64,000 nt of DNA from Alkalispirochaeta sp. GTDB taxonomy: Bacteria; Spirochaetota; Spirochaetia; DSM-27196; Alkalispirochaetaceae. This document shows positions 1 to 9,604 of this stretch, piece by piece. A program made the translations under genes and the position numbers. Numbering within the stretch: position 1 is the stretch's first letter; each line of letters opens with the position of its first letter. The stretch is taken from NCBI GenBank assembly GCA_965242725.1, contig CBDESZ010000030.1, positions 84,240 through 148,239 of the forward strand. Reading direction: 5' to 3'. The notes under the pieces are model-generated. The model saw only the letters and a list, made by a program, of their open reading frames with translations. It was not told where the DNA came from and ran no database searches.

Positions 1-2
1 TT

Positions 3-59
3 GCGTTTGATCGGAACATACTCACGATCACGGGCGGGCTGAACGCCGTCAAGCGGTAA
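3..59 (+). CDS. 3' end of an upstream gene (partial, product unknown)
   Basis: Frame 3 is open from the window start (AFDRNILTITGGLNAVKR) to TAA at 57-59, followed directly by an intrinsic terminator. Confidence 0.45.
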   Translation, partial: AFDRNILTITGGLNAVKR

Positions 60-78
60 TGTCTGTTGCGATGATTTG

Positions 79-110
79 AAAAAAGCCACCCTCCGGGGTG
101 GCTTTTTTTT
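79..110 (+). terminator. Rho-independent terminator, likely bidirectional
   Basis: AAAAAA-GCCACCC-TCCG-GGGTGGC-TTTTTTTT: perfect 7-bp stem with a T8 tail and an A6 run upstream. Confidence 0.9.
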
Positions 111-293
111 GGGGGATTTTCACCTCCCATTGAACTCCCATTGAGCGCCATGGTCCGAGTTTCTTTCGGCAGTACTTCCCTCCGCCGGACGCGAAATCGC
201 ACCTCAGTCTGTATTTCGAAATCAAAATCCGCTACTGTGTAGATATCAATGGGATCCCACGGATAAAGGACTGCGCGGAGGGAGAAAAAGGAA

Positions 294-1493
294 GTGAAGA
301 AAAGCCTGCAGGTTGCGACACCGTCGCGGATAGGGTTCCTCAAGGATGTCCTGATTTGTTCTCTCGGCGCCTACGGTGGTCCTGAAACACACATCAGTGT
401 CTTTCTGAACCAGATGGTTCACCGGAAGAAGTATCTTTCGGAAGAGGAGCTTATAGAGCTTCTCGCACTCAACGGAATCCTTCCCGGCCCGACGAGTACT
501 CAGACAATCGTCTCCATAGGGTACAAGGTTGGCGGCCGTCTCCTCGCGCTCTATACGCTAATGGTCTGGGCGCTGCCGGTCATCTCGCTCATGACCCTCG
601 CATCCTTTGCCTACACCTTTCTCGAACGGCGGGGGCTCTCAGGCTCCGTTCTCCGGTTTATCGGGCCGATGGCGGTAGGATTTATCATATACGCTGCAAC
701 CAGGATCGGAAGGAAGGTCATCATCGACAAGGTGACGGCTGCTCTCTTTCTGTTCAGTGCAGTGACGACATTTTTCTTTAGACAACCATGGGTCTTTCCG
801 GTCGTCCTCCTCTGCGGCGGTGTCGTGACGGCCACCGTCAACCGAGAACCTGGAATGTGGAAGTCCGTGTCCCTTCGTCCACCGTGGATATTTCTCGTAC
901 TCTTTGTCGGTATCGCCGTCGGCGCGGCCGTGATGGCAGGCCTTTCGTCGGCAAAACCGATCCAGCTTTTCGAGAGCTTTTATCGATATGGATACCTTGT
1001 CTTTGGAGGGGGCCAGGTGGTGGTCCCGATCATGCAAAGCGAACTGGTTGACCTCCGTCATTTTATGACCAATCAGGAATTTCTGACCGGCTACGGCCTT
1101 GTCCAGGGGCTTCCGGGACCAATGTTCAGCTTTGCCGCCTATGCCGGTGGTATGGCGAGTCGAGACATGGGCGTGACAATGCAAATTGTTGGCGCCGCCA
1201 TCGGAGGCCTCGGTATCTTTCTGCCGGGAATTCTACTCATCTATTTTGTCTATCCCGTCTGGGAACGGCTGAAAGTAATCGGCGCGATACGTCTTGCACT
1301 GACAGGCATTAATGCAATTGCCGGAGGGCTCATCGCCGTGTCCATCGTTGTATTGGCGATTTCGACGGGACTTACCGCTCTCAATGTCGTCATCATGGGT
1401 GTCACGGCATCTCTGCTCACTTTTACCAGAATACCGGCGCCGGTGATTGTGGTGGTGACACTCCTTGGGGGCATCCTTCTTCCGCCCTTTTAA
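294..1493 (+). CDS. chrA: Chromate efflux transporter, long-chain CHR family
   Basis: Two homologous halves with AYGGP/VFGGG and LPGPTS/LPGPMF motifs; hydrophobic 399 aa; GGGAGA RBS before GTG. Confidence 0.92.
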   Translation: MKKSLQVATPSRIGFLKDVLICSLGAYGGPETHISVFLNQMVHRKKYLSEEELIELLALNGILPGPTSTQTIVSIGYKVGGRLLALYTLMVWALPVISLMTLASFAYTFLERRGLSGSVLRFIGPMAVGFIIYAATRIGRKVIIDKVTAALFLFSAVTTFFFRQPWVFPVVLLCGGVVTATVNREPGMWKSVSLRPPWIFLVLFVGIAVGAAVMAGLSSAKPIQLFESFYRYGYLVFGGGQVVVPIMQSELVDLRHFMTNQEFLTGYGLVQGLPGPMFSFAAYAGGMASRDMGVTMQIVGAAIGGLGIFLPGILLIYFVYPVWERLKVIGAIRLALTGINAIAGGLIAVSIVVLAISTGLTALNVVIMGVTASLLTFTRIPAPVIVVVTLLGGILLPPF

Positions 1494-1534
1494 GACACGA
1501 AGAAATGACATAGGCTGGACGAAGCTGGACCAAA

Positions 1535-2155
1535 ATGAAGACAAAACAGCAGAATACGATCCCCATAGAACCCCTGTACACCGAGTTGCACGACGATCTT
1601 CATGTCTATTTTGCCAGGCGGGTGGAATCGTCGGAGGCGGCGGAAGACCTCGTCCAGGAGACATTTCTGAAGTTCCTCCGCGCCCTTGAACAAGGGCGCA
1701 CCGTTTCAAACGCGGAAGCGTATCTGTTTCGACTCGCACGAAATCTGGTCATAGACCATTACCGGACACGGCGGCACAGTTCCCCGCCTCCGGAGCTGCT
1801 CGACGAGTCCCAGGAAGATGCGCGGAACGAGGAAACCCGGCGGGTTATCGCCGGATGGATGAGAGACTTCATTTCCACCCTCCCTTCGCCCTATCGGGAA
1901 ACGTTGCTGTTGAGTGAATTTCACGGCCTTCCCTACTCCGAAATTGCCGGACGGACGGGAGGTACCGTGGGAACGGTCAAGAGCCGTGTTCACCGAGGCA
2001 GGAAGCTCCTGCGGGAGCGACTCATCACCTGCTGCCGTTTCCATTTTGATGCCGCGGGGCGTGTGGTTGACTACGAACCTCACCACTGGACGCCTGCAAA
2101 AAACGAGGAACGGCCCGACGGGTCGAACCGTTCCCGCTGTTCCGATTGCGAATAG
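1535..2155 (+). CDS. sigZ: ECF RNA polymerase sigma factor, SigZ-like
   Basis: Region 2 AEDLVQETFLK...YLFRLARNLVIDHYR; region 4 GTVKSRVHRGR; C-terminal CCRFHFDAAGRVVDY typical of SigZ-like sigmas. Confidence 0.8.
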   Translation: MKTKQQNTIPIEPLYTELHDDLHVYFARRVESSEAAEDLVQETFLKFLRALEQGRTVSNAEAYLFRLARNLVIDHYRTRRHSSPPPELLDESQEDARNEETRRVIAGWMRDFISTLPSPYRETLLLSEFHGLPYSEIAGRTGGTVGTVKSRVHRGRKLLRERLITCCRFHFDAAGRVVDYEPHHWTPAKNEERPDGSNRSRCSDCE

Positions 2156-2177
2156 ACGCCGGAAGCATCGTCGGACT

Positions 2178-2939
2178 TTACGGTTTGTGTGCCGAAATGG
2201 TCGCCGAAAATACCGCCACGACCGGCGCGTCCGGATCACCCCAGTTGAACGGCGTCGAGTTCACCTCTATGAGTATGTCCGTGAAGCCTGCGCCTTCAAG
2301 CAACCCCCTGATCACCTCTCCCGTCTCCGCTCCGCTCACACAGGCACTGTAGAGATCCATGTCGGAGCGTTCCGCGTCGGTCGGTTTGCGTTCTGCGACA
2401 AGGTCGGAGACGACAAGCCGTCCGCCCCGTTTCAGCACCCGGTGGGCTTCCCCAAATACACGCCCCTTGTCCGGAGAGAGGTTGATGACGCAGTTGGATA
2501 TGATGAGATCGACGCTTTCATCGGGAAGTGGAAGCTCTTCTATTGCTCCGAGAAGAAACTCAACATTTCCGTAGCCTCCCTCCCGGGCATTGTTCCGCGC
2601 CTTCTCCACCATTTCCGGGGTCATATCGACACCGATTACGTGCCCTTCAGGACCTACTTTCCCGGCGGCGAGAAAACAATCGACCCCGGCGCCGCTGCCG
2701 AGATCCAGAACCGTCTCTCCCTCAACCGGTTCCGCGGCCACTGTGGGGTTACCGCATCCGAGACCGAGATCGGCGCCGTCCGGCAGCGTCTGCAACTGCT
2801 CAAAGGTATAGCCGCCGCCGCAACTCCCGGTGGAGCAATCGCTCAGAGGATCACCGCAACAACTGGTGCTTGCTTCCCGTGCCCTGGCTGCGTAGCGATC
2901 CTTGACCGCCGTTCTGATTTCGTCATGTGAATAGTTCAT
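2178..2939 (-). CDS. arsM: Arsenite S-adenosylmethionine methyltransferase
   Basis: [43 protein letters not shown] motifs; start placed at ATG 2939 (GGGAGAG RBS), alternative ATG 2966. Confidence 0.88.
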   Translation of the reverse strand: MNYSHDEIRTAVKDRYAARAREASTSCCGDPLSDCSTGSCGGGYTFEQLQTLPDGADLGLGCGNPTVAAEPVEGETVLDLGSGAGVDCFLAAGKVGPEGHVIGVDMTPEMVEKARNNAREGGYGNVEFLLGAIEELPLPDESVDLIISNCVINLSPDKGRVFGEAHRVLKRGGRLVVSDLVAERKPTDAERSDMDLYSACVSGAETGEVIRGLLEGAGFTDILIEVNSTPFNWGDPDAPVVAVFSATISAHKP

Positions 2940-2973
2940 AAGGACTCTCCCGTTTGTAGATTTCATTCTCTAT

Positions 2974-2999
2974 GACGAACGGGCGCGTCCGAGGTTGCA
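2974..2999 (-). promoter_or_regulatory. ECF-type promoter upstream of arsM
   Basis: Minus strand TGCAAC (2999-2994), 16-nt spacer, CGTC (2977-2974); fits the ECF AAC/CGT consensus. Confidence 0.6.
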
Positions 3000-3031
3000 T
3001 TGGCGGTGAAATTTCTCCGTATGATTTCTTT

Positions 3032-4288
3032 TCAGGAGACAATTGCCCCGTAGAACAGACCCGCCGCTGTGGACATGCTCACGACCAGGAAGATGTAGGT
3101 AGCCGTTTTCTTCATACCAAGTTCACTGCCGATCACCATGATTGAGGGCAGTGAAAGGGAGGGACCGGCCAGCAGCAGGGCCAGTGCGGGGCCGTCGTTC
3201 ATACCCGCGCCGAGAAGGCCCTGCATGATGGGTACCTCCGTCAGCGTGGCAAAGTACATGAGAGCACCGGCGAGGGCTGCGATAAGATTGCTTCCGAGCG
3301 AGTTGGTTCCCACCAGATCGGCGATCCACTCTTCCGGGATGAGGGCCGCGTGACCCGGGCGCCCCAGAAGGAAGCCCGCCACAAGTACTCCGGCAAAAAG
3401 CAGCGGCAGGATCTGAACGGCAAAATCTCTGGTTGCCGAGACCCAGTCAGTAAGCTCACTCCTGCTGAACCATCGCAGGAGCGTATAGCCCAGGATCACG
3501 GTAAAGACTCCAGTGATTGGCCACTTCCATCGATAGATGACATCCCACCATGTGACGGAACCGCCGGACGGCGCCCAGTTCACGAAGAGGAGTATCCCGA
3601 CCATGGATGCCATGTAGAGCGCCATTTGCGGGAGAGTGCGGCCCCTGGTATCGTCAAAGGGCTGAAACATCGCGGCGTTCGTCGTACGGTCTTTGTCCTC
3701 CCGGAGGTAGACCATCTGCATGACAACTCCAATGACAAAGGCAAAAAGGATCGCTCCCACGGCTCGGGCGACTCCGAGCCGTACTCCCAGCACCTTGGCG
3801 GTGAGAATAATCGCGAGGATGTTAATCGCCGGACCAGAGTAGAGAAAGCTTACCGCCGGGCCAAGACCGGCACCTTTCCTGTAGATGCCTTTGAACAGCG
3901 GCAGGACGGTACAGGAACAGACCGCCAGGATCGTACCCGATACCGATGCAACTCCGTATGCCGTGAGTCTTGGCGCATCGGGTCCAAGGTAGCGAATGAC
4001 CGCCTGCTGATTGAGGAAGATCGTAATCGCGCCGGCGATGAAAAATGCGGGAACGAGACAAAGCAGCACATGTTCCCGGGCATACTCCCCGAGCATGAGG
4101 AACGCCTCGTTTACCGCCGAGGAAACTCTTGGTGCCGACCAGGGGACAAAAAAGGCAACAAGAAAGACAAGAGCCATCGCCGTGAGGATTCGGTTCTTGT
4201 CCTCCCCCCAGAACGCATTGATTCGCCGAATGATAACCCGTCCGGAGGACCCACCGGCTTCATCGGGCGCTGACGTCGTCGTGTTCAT
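3032..4288 (-). CDS. DUF318/ArsP-like permease
   Basis: REHVLLCLVPAFFIAGAI, LAVCSCTVLPLF, FLYSGPAIN, MYFATLTEVPI, LLAGPSLSLP motifs; ars-cluster context. Confidence 0.85.
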   Translation of the reverse strand: MNTTTSAPDEAGGSSGRVIIRRINAFWGEDKNRILTAMALVFLVAFFVPWSAPRVSSAVNEAFLMLGEYAREHVLLCLVPAFFIAGAITIFLNQQAVIRYLGPDAPRLTAYGVASVSGTILAVCSCTVLPLFKGIYRKGAGLGPAVSFLYSGPAINILAIILTAKVLGVRLGVARAVGAILFAFVIGVVMQMVYLREDKDRTTNAAMFQPFDDTRGRTLPQMALYMASMVGILLFVNWAPSGGSVTWWDVIYRWKWPITGVFTVILGYTLLRWFSRSELTDWVSATRDFAVQILPLLFAGVLVAGFLLGRPGHAALIPEEWIADLVGTNSLGSNLIAALAGALMYFATLTEVPIMQGLLGAGMNDGPALALLLAGPSLSLPSIMVIGSELGMKKTATYIFLVVSMSTAAGLFYGAIVS

Positions 4289-4351
4289 CGTTCTTTCTCC
4301 CCCATATCATCGATCAGAGAAATCTCCTGGACCGGTACTGAAGGCTTCAGC

Positions 4352-4597
4352 CTATCCGGCGGTGTAGGCTCTCAGAGACTCGGCTATCTGTGCAGGTGAG
4401 TAGACTTTGCCGAACTTCTGCACCACGCCGTCAAAGGCGTAACCCGGTGTCCTCAAAACACCCATCTCGAGAATCCGATCACTGTCAGTCACTTTTTCTA
4501 TCGTCACATCGATACCCAGTTGTGTTGCAGCTTCGATCGCGTTCTCCTCGAGTTTTTTACAGTTTGGACACCCCCCACCCAGTATTTGTATGGTCAT
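4352..4597 (-). CDS. Small redox-active disulfide protein (thioredoxin-like, MTH895-type)
   Basis: IQILGGGCPNCKKL CxxC motif, GVLRTPG; AAGGAG RBS; usual partner of DUF318 permeases. Confidence 0.88.
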   Translation of the reverse strand: MTIQILGGGCPNCKKLEENAIEAATQLGIDVTIEKVTDSDRILEMGVLRTPGYAFDGVVQKFGKVYSPAQIAESLRAYTAG

Positions 4598-4627
4598 GGC
4601 GGACTCTCCTTTCTGAATTTATTGTTT

Positions 4628-4729
4628 ATTTGTCTATATAACCAAGTTTACATCAACATCGTACACCCGTCAATTCGTTTTCCCGACATCAGAGTTGACA
4701 TGGCGGAATATTTGCTTATATTTGCAAGT
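4628..4729. promoter_or_regulatory. Divergent sigma70 promoters, each overlapped by a putative ArsR operator
   Basis: Leftward TTGACG(4673-4668)-17-TAAACT(4650-4645); rightward TTGACA(4695-4700)-16-TATATT(4717-4722); ATTTG-nn-TATAT-nnn-CAAGT at 4628-4647 and 4710-4729. Confidence 0.7.
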
Positions 4730-5065
4730 ATGCAGCAAACAGCCAGATTCAAGGCCGAAGCGCGCTCGGAGATTCTGAAAGCCCTCGCTCACCCGACCCG
4801 CATTTACATCGTAGATCTCCTCGATCGGGAAGGCCCCCGCTGCGTCTGCGAGCTCGCCAAAGAGATCGGCGCGGACATGTCCACCGTTTCCCGGCATCTT
4901 TCGCTCCTGAGAAATGCGGGCATCCTCGAAGATGAAAAGAAGGGTACCACCGTCTACTACTCTCTTGCCTGCGACTGCATCTCGGAGTTCATGAAGGGAC
5001 TCGAGAAAATCCTTCGTTCAAAGCATCAGCGGGAAAACAGGCGTTTCCAGGCGCTGGTCGAGTAG
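4730..5065 (+). CDS. arsR: ArsR/SmtB family repressor
   Basis: LKALAHPTR, RCVCELA metalloid-binding box, MSTVSRHLSLLRNAG HTH; start ATG 4730. Confidence 0.9.
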   Translation: MQQTARFKAEARSEILKALAHPTRIYIVDLLDREGPRCVCELAKEIGADMSTVSRHLSLLRNAGILEDEKKGTTVYYSLACDCISEFMKGLEKILRSKHQRENRRFQALVE

Positions 5066-5187
5066 CGCAGGAATCCCCTAGGTCACAATATCAGCATGAG
5101 TGTTTCCGACACCTCCGGCTGATGACAACCCTTGTCCCTGAAGACGCAAGTCGGACATACCGCAATCATGAAGAATTCAGGAGGAGA

Positions 5188-5667
5188 ATGGTGAACAAGA
5201 AACCAAGAGTACTCGCAATTTGTATCCATAACAGCGCCAGAAGCCAGATGACCGAGGAGTTTATCAGACAGGCCGCAGGTGATCGGGTGGAAGTCATGAG
5301 CGCGGGGATCGAGCCGGGAAAAATCAACCCCGTCGTCGTCGAGCTTCTGAAAGAGGACGGAATCAATATCGAGGGGAAGGGGACACAAAGTGTCTTTGAA
5401 CTACACCAACGGGGAGAACGTTTTGACTACGTCATCGCCGTGTGCGACAAAGAAGCCGCCGATCGTTGCCCTATATTTCCCGCCGAGAAAAAACGACTTC
5501 ACTGGCCGTTTCCTGATCCATCGAAAGCAGAGGGGACCATGGAAGAGAAGCTCTCGTATGTGCGTCCCATCCGGGATCAAATACGGGACCAGGCACGCCG
5601 GTTTGTACAAGACACACTTTTTGCAGAACCGCAACCGCACGACACCACACAGGTGAACGACCAATGA
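5188..5667 (+). CDS. arsC: Arsenate reductase, LMW-PTPase fold (thioredoxin-coupled)
   Basis: CIHNSARSQM (CX5R), AVCD...RCPIFP, HWPFPDP; AGGAG RBS before ATG 5188. Confidence 0.9.
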   Translation: MVNKKPRVLAICIHNSARSQMTEEFIRQAAGDRVEVMSAGIEPGKINPVVVELLKEDGINIEGKGTQSVFELHQRGERFDYVIAVCDKEAADRCPIFPAEKKRLHWPFPDPSKAEGTMEEKLSYVRPIRDQIRDQARRFVQDTLFAEPQPHDTTQVNDQ

Positions 5668-6746
5668 ATGAACAGCACAGCTCCAGGCAGATAGATGGTC
5701 TCGGTCTGTTCGGAAAATATCTATCGGTCTGGGTCGCCCTCTGTATCGTAGCAGGTGTCGCGGTCGGTCGGTTTATGCCGGCGGTGCCGAATTTTCTCAG
5801 CCGCTTTGAATACGCCCACGTCTCCATTCCGGTTGCACTACTGATCTGGGTGATGATCTACCCGATGATGCTCAAGGTCGATTTTTCGAGTGTCCTTGGT
5901 GCATTGAAAGCACCGAAAGGGCTCACCATCACTACCGTCACCAATTGGCTGATCAAGCCCTTCACCATGTTCTTCTTCGCGTGGCTCTTTTTCACCGTCG
6001 TCTTCCGATCTATCATTCCGGAAAAACTTGCACGGGAGTATCTTGCCGGTGCAGTCCTTCTCGGTGCCGCTCCGTGCACGGCAATGGTCTTTGTATGGAG
6101 CCACCTGACCAGCGGGAATCCCGGTTACACGCTCGTGCAGGTCGCCGTAAATGATCTCATCCTGATCGTCGCCTTCGCTCCCATCGTCATGTTTCTCCTT
6201 GGTATCTCCGACGTTGTCATTCCTTACGACACACTTTTCCTTTCAGTGGTGATATTCATCGTCATTCCTTTGACCGCCGCCGCGCTGACGAGACGGTTTC
6301 TCATTCGCCGGCGGGGGACAGCCTACTTTGAACACGTCTTTCTTCCGAGATTTGACGGTATCACCACCACAGGACTGCTGGCCACGCTTATCCTGCTGTT
6401 CTCATTTCAGGGTGAGACGATTCTCAATAATCCATTTCACATCGTGTTGATCGCGGTTCCGTTGATCATCCAGACATTTTTTATTTTCGGGCTTGCATAC
6501 GGATGGGCAAGGTTGTGGCGTGTACCGCATGATATCGCCTCTCCCGCGGCGATGATCGGAGCGAGTAATTTTTTCGAACTTGCCGTTGCGGTGGCCGTTT
6601 CTCTCTTCGGACTCTCATCGGGTGCCGCCCTGGCAACGGTAGTCGGGGTTCTTGTGGAAGTTCCTGTCATGCTCGCGTTGGTGAGTATCGCCAATTCGAC
6701 ACGGGATCGCTTTCCGCGGTCTTATTCGTCGATCGATTCCGGATAG
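5664..6746 (+). CDS. acr3: Arsenite efflux permease, ACR3 family
   Basis: MIYPMMLKVDF, NWLIKPFTM, GAAPCTAMVFVWS, GASNFFELAVAVA, GVLVEVPVML; ATGA overlap with arsC. Confidence 0.95.
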   Translation: MNEQHSSRQIDGLGLFGKYLSVWVALCIVAGVAVGRFMPAVPNFLSRFEYAHVSIPVALLIWVMIYPMMLKVDFSSVLGALKAPKGLTITTVTNWLIKPFTMFFFAWLFFTVVFRSIIPEKLAREYLAGAVLLGAAPCTAMVFVWSHLTSGNPGYTLVQVAVNDLILIVAFAPIVMFLLGISDVVIPYDTLFLSVVIFIVIPLTAAALTRRFLIRRRGTAYFEHVFLPRFDGITTTGLLATLILLFSFQGETILNNPFHIVLIAVPLIIQTFFIFGLAYGWARLWRVPHDIASPAAMIGASNFFELAVAVAVSLFGLSSGAALATVVGVLVEVPVMLALVSIANSTRDRFPRSYSSIDSG

Positions 6747-6901
6747 GATTCCTCGGTCAGGCGGGTCAGTTCGTTGATTCTGTCACGCAAATCGGCGGCA
6801 CGTCGCGTATCTGCCTCTAATTTTTCCTTGTCGGCGGCGATTGTTTCCCTGAGTTGATCGTACTCGGCCGTTAGATCAGCCAGCTGAGACTGAATTGTCA
6901 T
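6722..6901 (-). CDS. Small hypothetical coiled-coil protein (~59 aa)
   Basis: Strong AAAGGAGGAG RBS; heptad-like LADLTAEYDQLRETIAADKEKL; convergent overlap with the acr3 3' end. Confidence 0.55.
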   Translation of the reverse strand: MTIQSQLADLTAEYDQLRETIAADKEKLEADTRRAADLRDRINELTRLTEESYPESIDE

Positions 6902-7047
6902 GTGTTTCACCGTTCTCCTCCTTTCGCTGCTTGAATGCCAACCCATTACAATGTGCTGCGCCGCCGGTGCGAGGTCAAGTGCAACAGTTTACCCCGAAGT
7001 CGACGAGCCCCTTGACCTCAGACCGGATATCCTCATGTAGTTACCGT

Positions 7048-8226
7048 ATGCAAGGGAACGGACGGGAAGAGGACTATCCTCGGAGAATTGACCGGGACGG
7101 GGAGAAAGCAAACCCCGACGCATTCCGATCGCCAAATGACCCTGACGAACCGACAACCGTTTTTCAGCGCCATTTCCATCGCGTTTTTCGAGCATCCGCC
7201 GGAAAAACACTTCGACGATTCCGTATCATTCGTCCGTTGCTTATTCTGGTTTCGGCGGGCGTCGGATTTGTGGTTGTCGTGGTCACTCTCAACAGTGCAC
7301 ATCTATTCAGATTGACCCACCCGATACCCCCGAATAACTCCGCCCCGACGCCGAAACTCATCGCACATCGCGGCGTCCACCAGCCCTTTGATACAACAGG
7401 ACTGACAAACGATACGTGTACCGCGGCACGAAGCCTTCCTTCATCCCACGGATTTCTTGAAAACACGATTCCCTCGATGGCGGCCGCCTTTCGTATGGGT
7501 GCAGACGTCGTTGAGCTTGATGTTCACCTCACCAGGGACGGCCGATTCGCCGTTTTTCACGATTGGACTCTGGAATGCCGAACCGACGGCGCAGGGGTGA
7601 CCCGGGAATCCGATTGGGAAGAACTCAAATCGCTGGACGTGGGATATGGTTATACACGTGACGGCGGCGGATCATTCCCTTTTCGCGGAACAGGTGTCGG
7701 CATGATGCCGAATCTCCGGGAGGTATTTGAAGCGTTCCCGGATGGAAAGTTTCTTATTGACATCAAAAGCAACGTGGCGTCCGACGGCGACGGTCTTGTG
7801 CGGTTTTTCCGGGACAATCCGAACTGGCTCAACAAGGTCTGGGGGGTCTATGGAGGCCCCGTCCCGGTCGAACGATTCTCAGACGTCTACCCGGACATTC
7901 CAACGTTCACCGCCGGGAGTGTCGTGAACTGCCTGAAAGATTATTTGATGACGGGGTGGACCGGACGCATACCGGAATCCTGCACCGGAACGACGGTGTA
8001 CATTCCGGTCAATTTTGCGCCGATTCTCTGGGGGTGGCCCGACCGTTTCCTGTGGCGTATGGAGAACGCCGGGACAACGGTTGTACTTATCGGTCCGCAT
8101 ACATGGGGCAATACGGGAACCCGCGGTTTCGATGATACCGTACTCCTCGAAAAAATTCCCCGGACATATACCGGTTACATTCAGACCGATCGTATCGAGC
8201 TCCTCGGTCCCGCGCTGAGAAACTGA
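7048..8226 (+). CDS. Glycerophosphodiester phosphodiesterase family protein, membrane-anchored (start uncertain)
   Basis: IAHRG, ENTIPSM, VELDVHLTRDG..VFHD, IDIKS, IQTDRIE motifs after a TM segment. Confidence 0.85.
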   Translation: MQGNGREEDYPRRIDRDGEKANPDAFRSPNDPDEPTTVFQRHFHRVFRASAGKTLRRFRIIRPLLILVSAGVGFVVVVVTLNSAHLFRLTHPIPPNNSAPTPKLIAHRGVHQPFDTTGLTNDTCTAARSLPSSHGFLENTIPSMAAAFRMGADVVELDVHLTRDGRFAVFHDWTLECRTDGAGVTRESDWEELKSLDVGYGYTRDGGGSFPFRGTGVGMMPNLREVFEAFPDGKFLIDIKSNVASDGDGLVRFFRDNPNWLNKVWGVYGGPVPVERFSDVYPDIPTFTAGSVVNCLKDYLMTGWTGRIPESCTGTTVYIPVNFAPILWGWPDRFLWRMENAGTTVVLIGPHTWGNTGTRGFDDTVLLEKIPRTYTGYIQTDRIELLGPALRN

Positions 8227-8324
8227 CGGTACTCTCCGGCGGTACAGAATTTCGTCGAAATCGCGCTATCACGGTAAATGAGGATTCTTGTGTCGCCGTT
8301 CGGGATATACTACACTCGCCTATT

Positions 8325-9587
8325 ATGCCGTCGGATCAACAAAATGTAGATTACCCTGTCCAGGATGATACGATTTCGCTGCTTGATTTGGTTGCCGTAC
8401 TGGTCCGACACAAATGGCTCATTGTCGGCACAACGTTTGCCGCGGCGATCGGTATTTTGATATTTTCGATCATTTCGCTGGTCCTGCCGTCCGATATTTC
8501 CCCCCTGCCGAACTACTTCAAGGCGACCGCAGAGGTCCTCATTACGGAGGAGAGCGGCACCAATCTGCAGTCGGTCCTCGGGAATTCCCAGCTTGCAAGC
8601 CTGGCGGGACTGTCCGGAGCGGGCGGCGGATCGAGTAACGGCGAGCTGGCCCTCTCCCTCCTCACCAGTCGCACGGTTCTGGATCAGATCGTCAACGAGT
8701 TCAACATCATTGAACGATACGAAATCGAAGAATCACCGCGGGCACGAAGCAGACAAGTGGTGCGGGAGATGATGGAGAGCAACCTTGAGCCGGAAACGGG
8801 AATTCTGTCGGTCTCCATTCAGCATATCGATCCCGCCTTTGCCCGGGATGTGACCAATCGCCTCGTTGAAATTCTCAATGGCCGTTTCCAGGAACTGGGT
8901 GTCGACCAGAACCGAAGTCGCGCAAATCTTCTGGAACGCAAGATATCTGAAGTGGATGAGGAAATCCTGCAGCTGGAGCAGCAAATCAAAGAGTTTCAGC
9001 GTCGGTACGGAGCGTTCAACGTCCAGAGTATGGTGGAAGAGCAGGTCGCCATGCGGGGTCGTATTCGAAGCGATCTCGTTCTCAAGGAGATTGAAATCAG
9101 CACCTACGAAGATTTTTCGACGATAAACGATCCTGTTCTTCAACGCCTCAGGACGGAGCGCGACAACCTGCGTCAGCTTCTACGGGAAATGGAAGAGGGT
9201 TTCTCCGAATTTTCCACAGGACTGCCGTCACAGCAGGAGCTGCCGGAACTGGCGGCGGAGTTTGCACGACTCCAGCGGGAAGCGCAGGTGCAGCAACAGA
9301 TTTATACGACCCTTCGTCAGCAGTATGAACTGGCTCAACTGTCACTGGAGGGTGAAGAGCGAACGTTTCAGATTCTGGAGCTCGCGGAAGTCCCCGACCA
9401 AAAGGCGGGACCGAGCCGTGCGATGATTTCAATCATTACGACAATTACCGCGTTCTTTGTAAGTGTATTTCTCGCCTTTGTTCTGGAGTACTTCTCCAGG
9501 GTGAAGGAAGATCCGGAAGAAGGCAGGAAACTCAAAGAGATCGAACAGGGTCTCCGGATATTCCACCGGAGAGCACAAGGGAGATAG
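8325..9587 (+). CDS. Wzz/GumC-like polysaccharide co-polymerase (chain-length regulator)
   Basis: ISLLDLVAVL N-terminus, two TM helices flanking a long coiled-coil region, Pro-rich AEVPDQKAGPSR before the C-terminal TM. Confidence 0.8.
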   Translation: MPSDQQNVDYPVQDDTISLLDLVAVLVRHKWLIVGTTFAAAIGILIFSIISLVLPSDISPLPNYFKATAEVLITEESGTNLQSVLGNSQLASLAGLSGAGGGSSNGELALSLLTSRTVLDQIVNEFNIIERYEIEESPRARSRQVVREMMESNLEPETGILSVSIQHIDPAFARDVTNRLVEILNGRFQELGVDQNRSRANLLERKISEVDEEILQLEQQIKEFQRRYGAFNVQSMVEEQVAMRGRIRSDLVLKEIEISTYEDFSTINDPVLQRLRTERDNLRQLLREMEEGFSEFSTGLPSQQELPELAAEFARLQREAQVQQQIYTTLRQQYELAQLSLEGEERTFQILELAEVPDQKAGPSRAMISIITTITAFFVSVFLAFVLEYFSRVKEDPEEGRKLKEIEQGLRIFHRRAQGR

Positions 9588-9604
9588 CCCTCCGGCGAGT
9601 GGAG

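Noticed and set aside
1914..2930. 338-aa plus-strand ORF
   Set aside because: Overlaps sigZ out of frame and lies antisense to arsM
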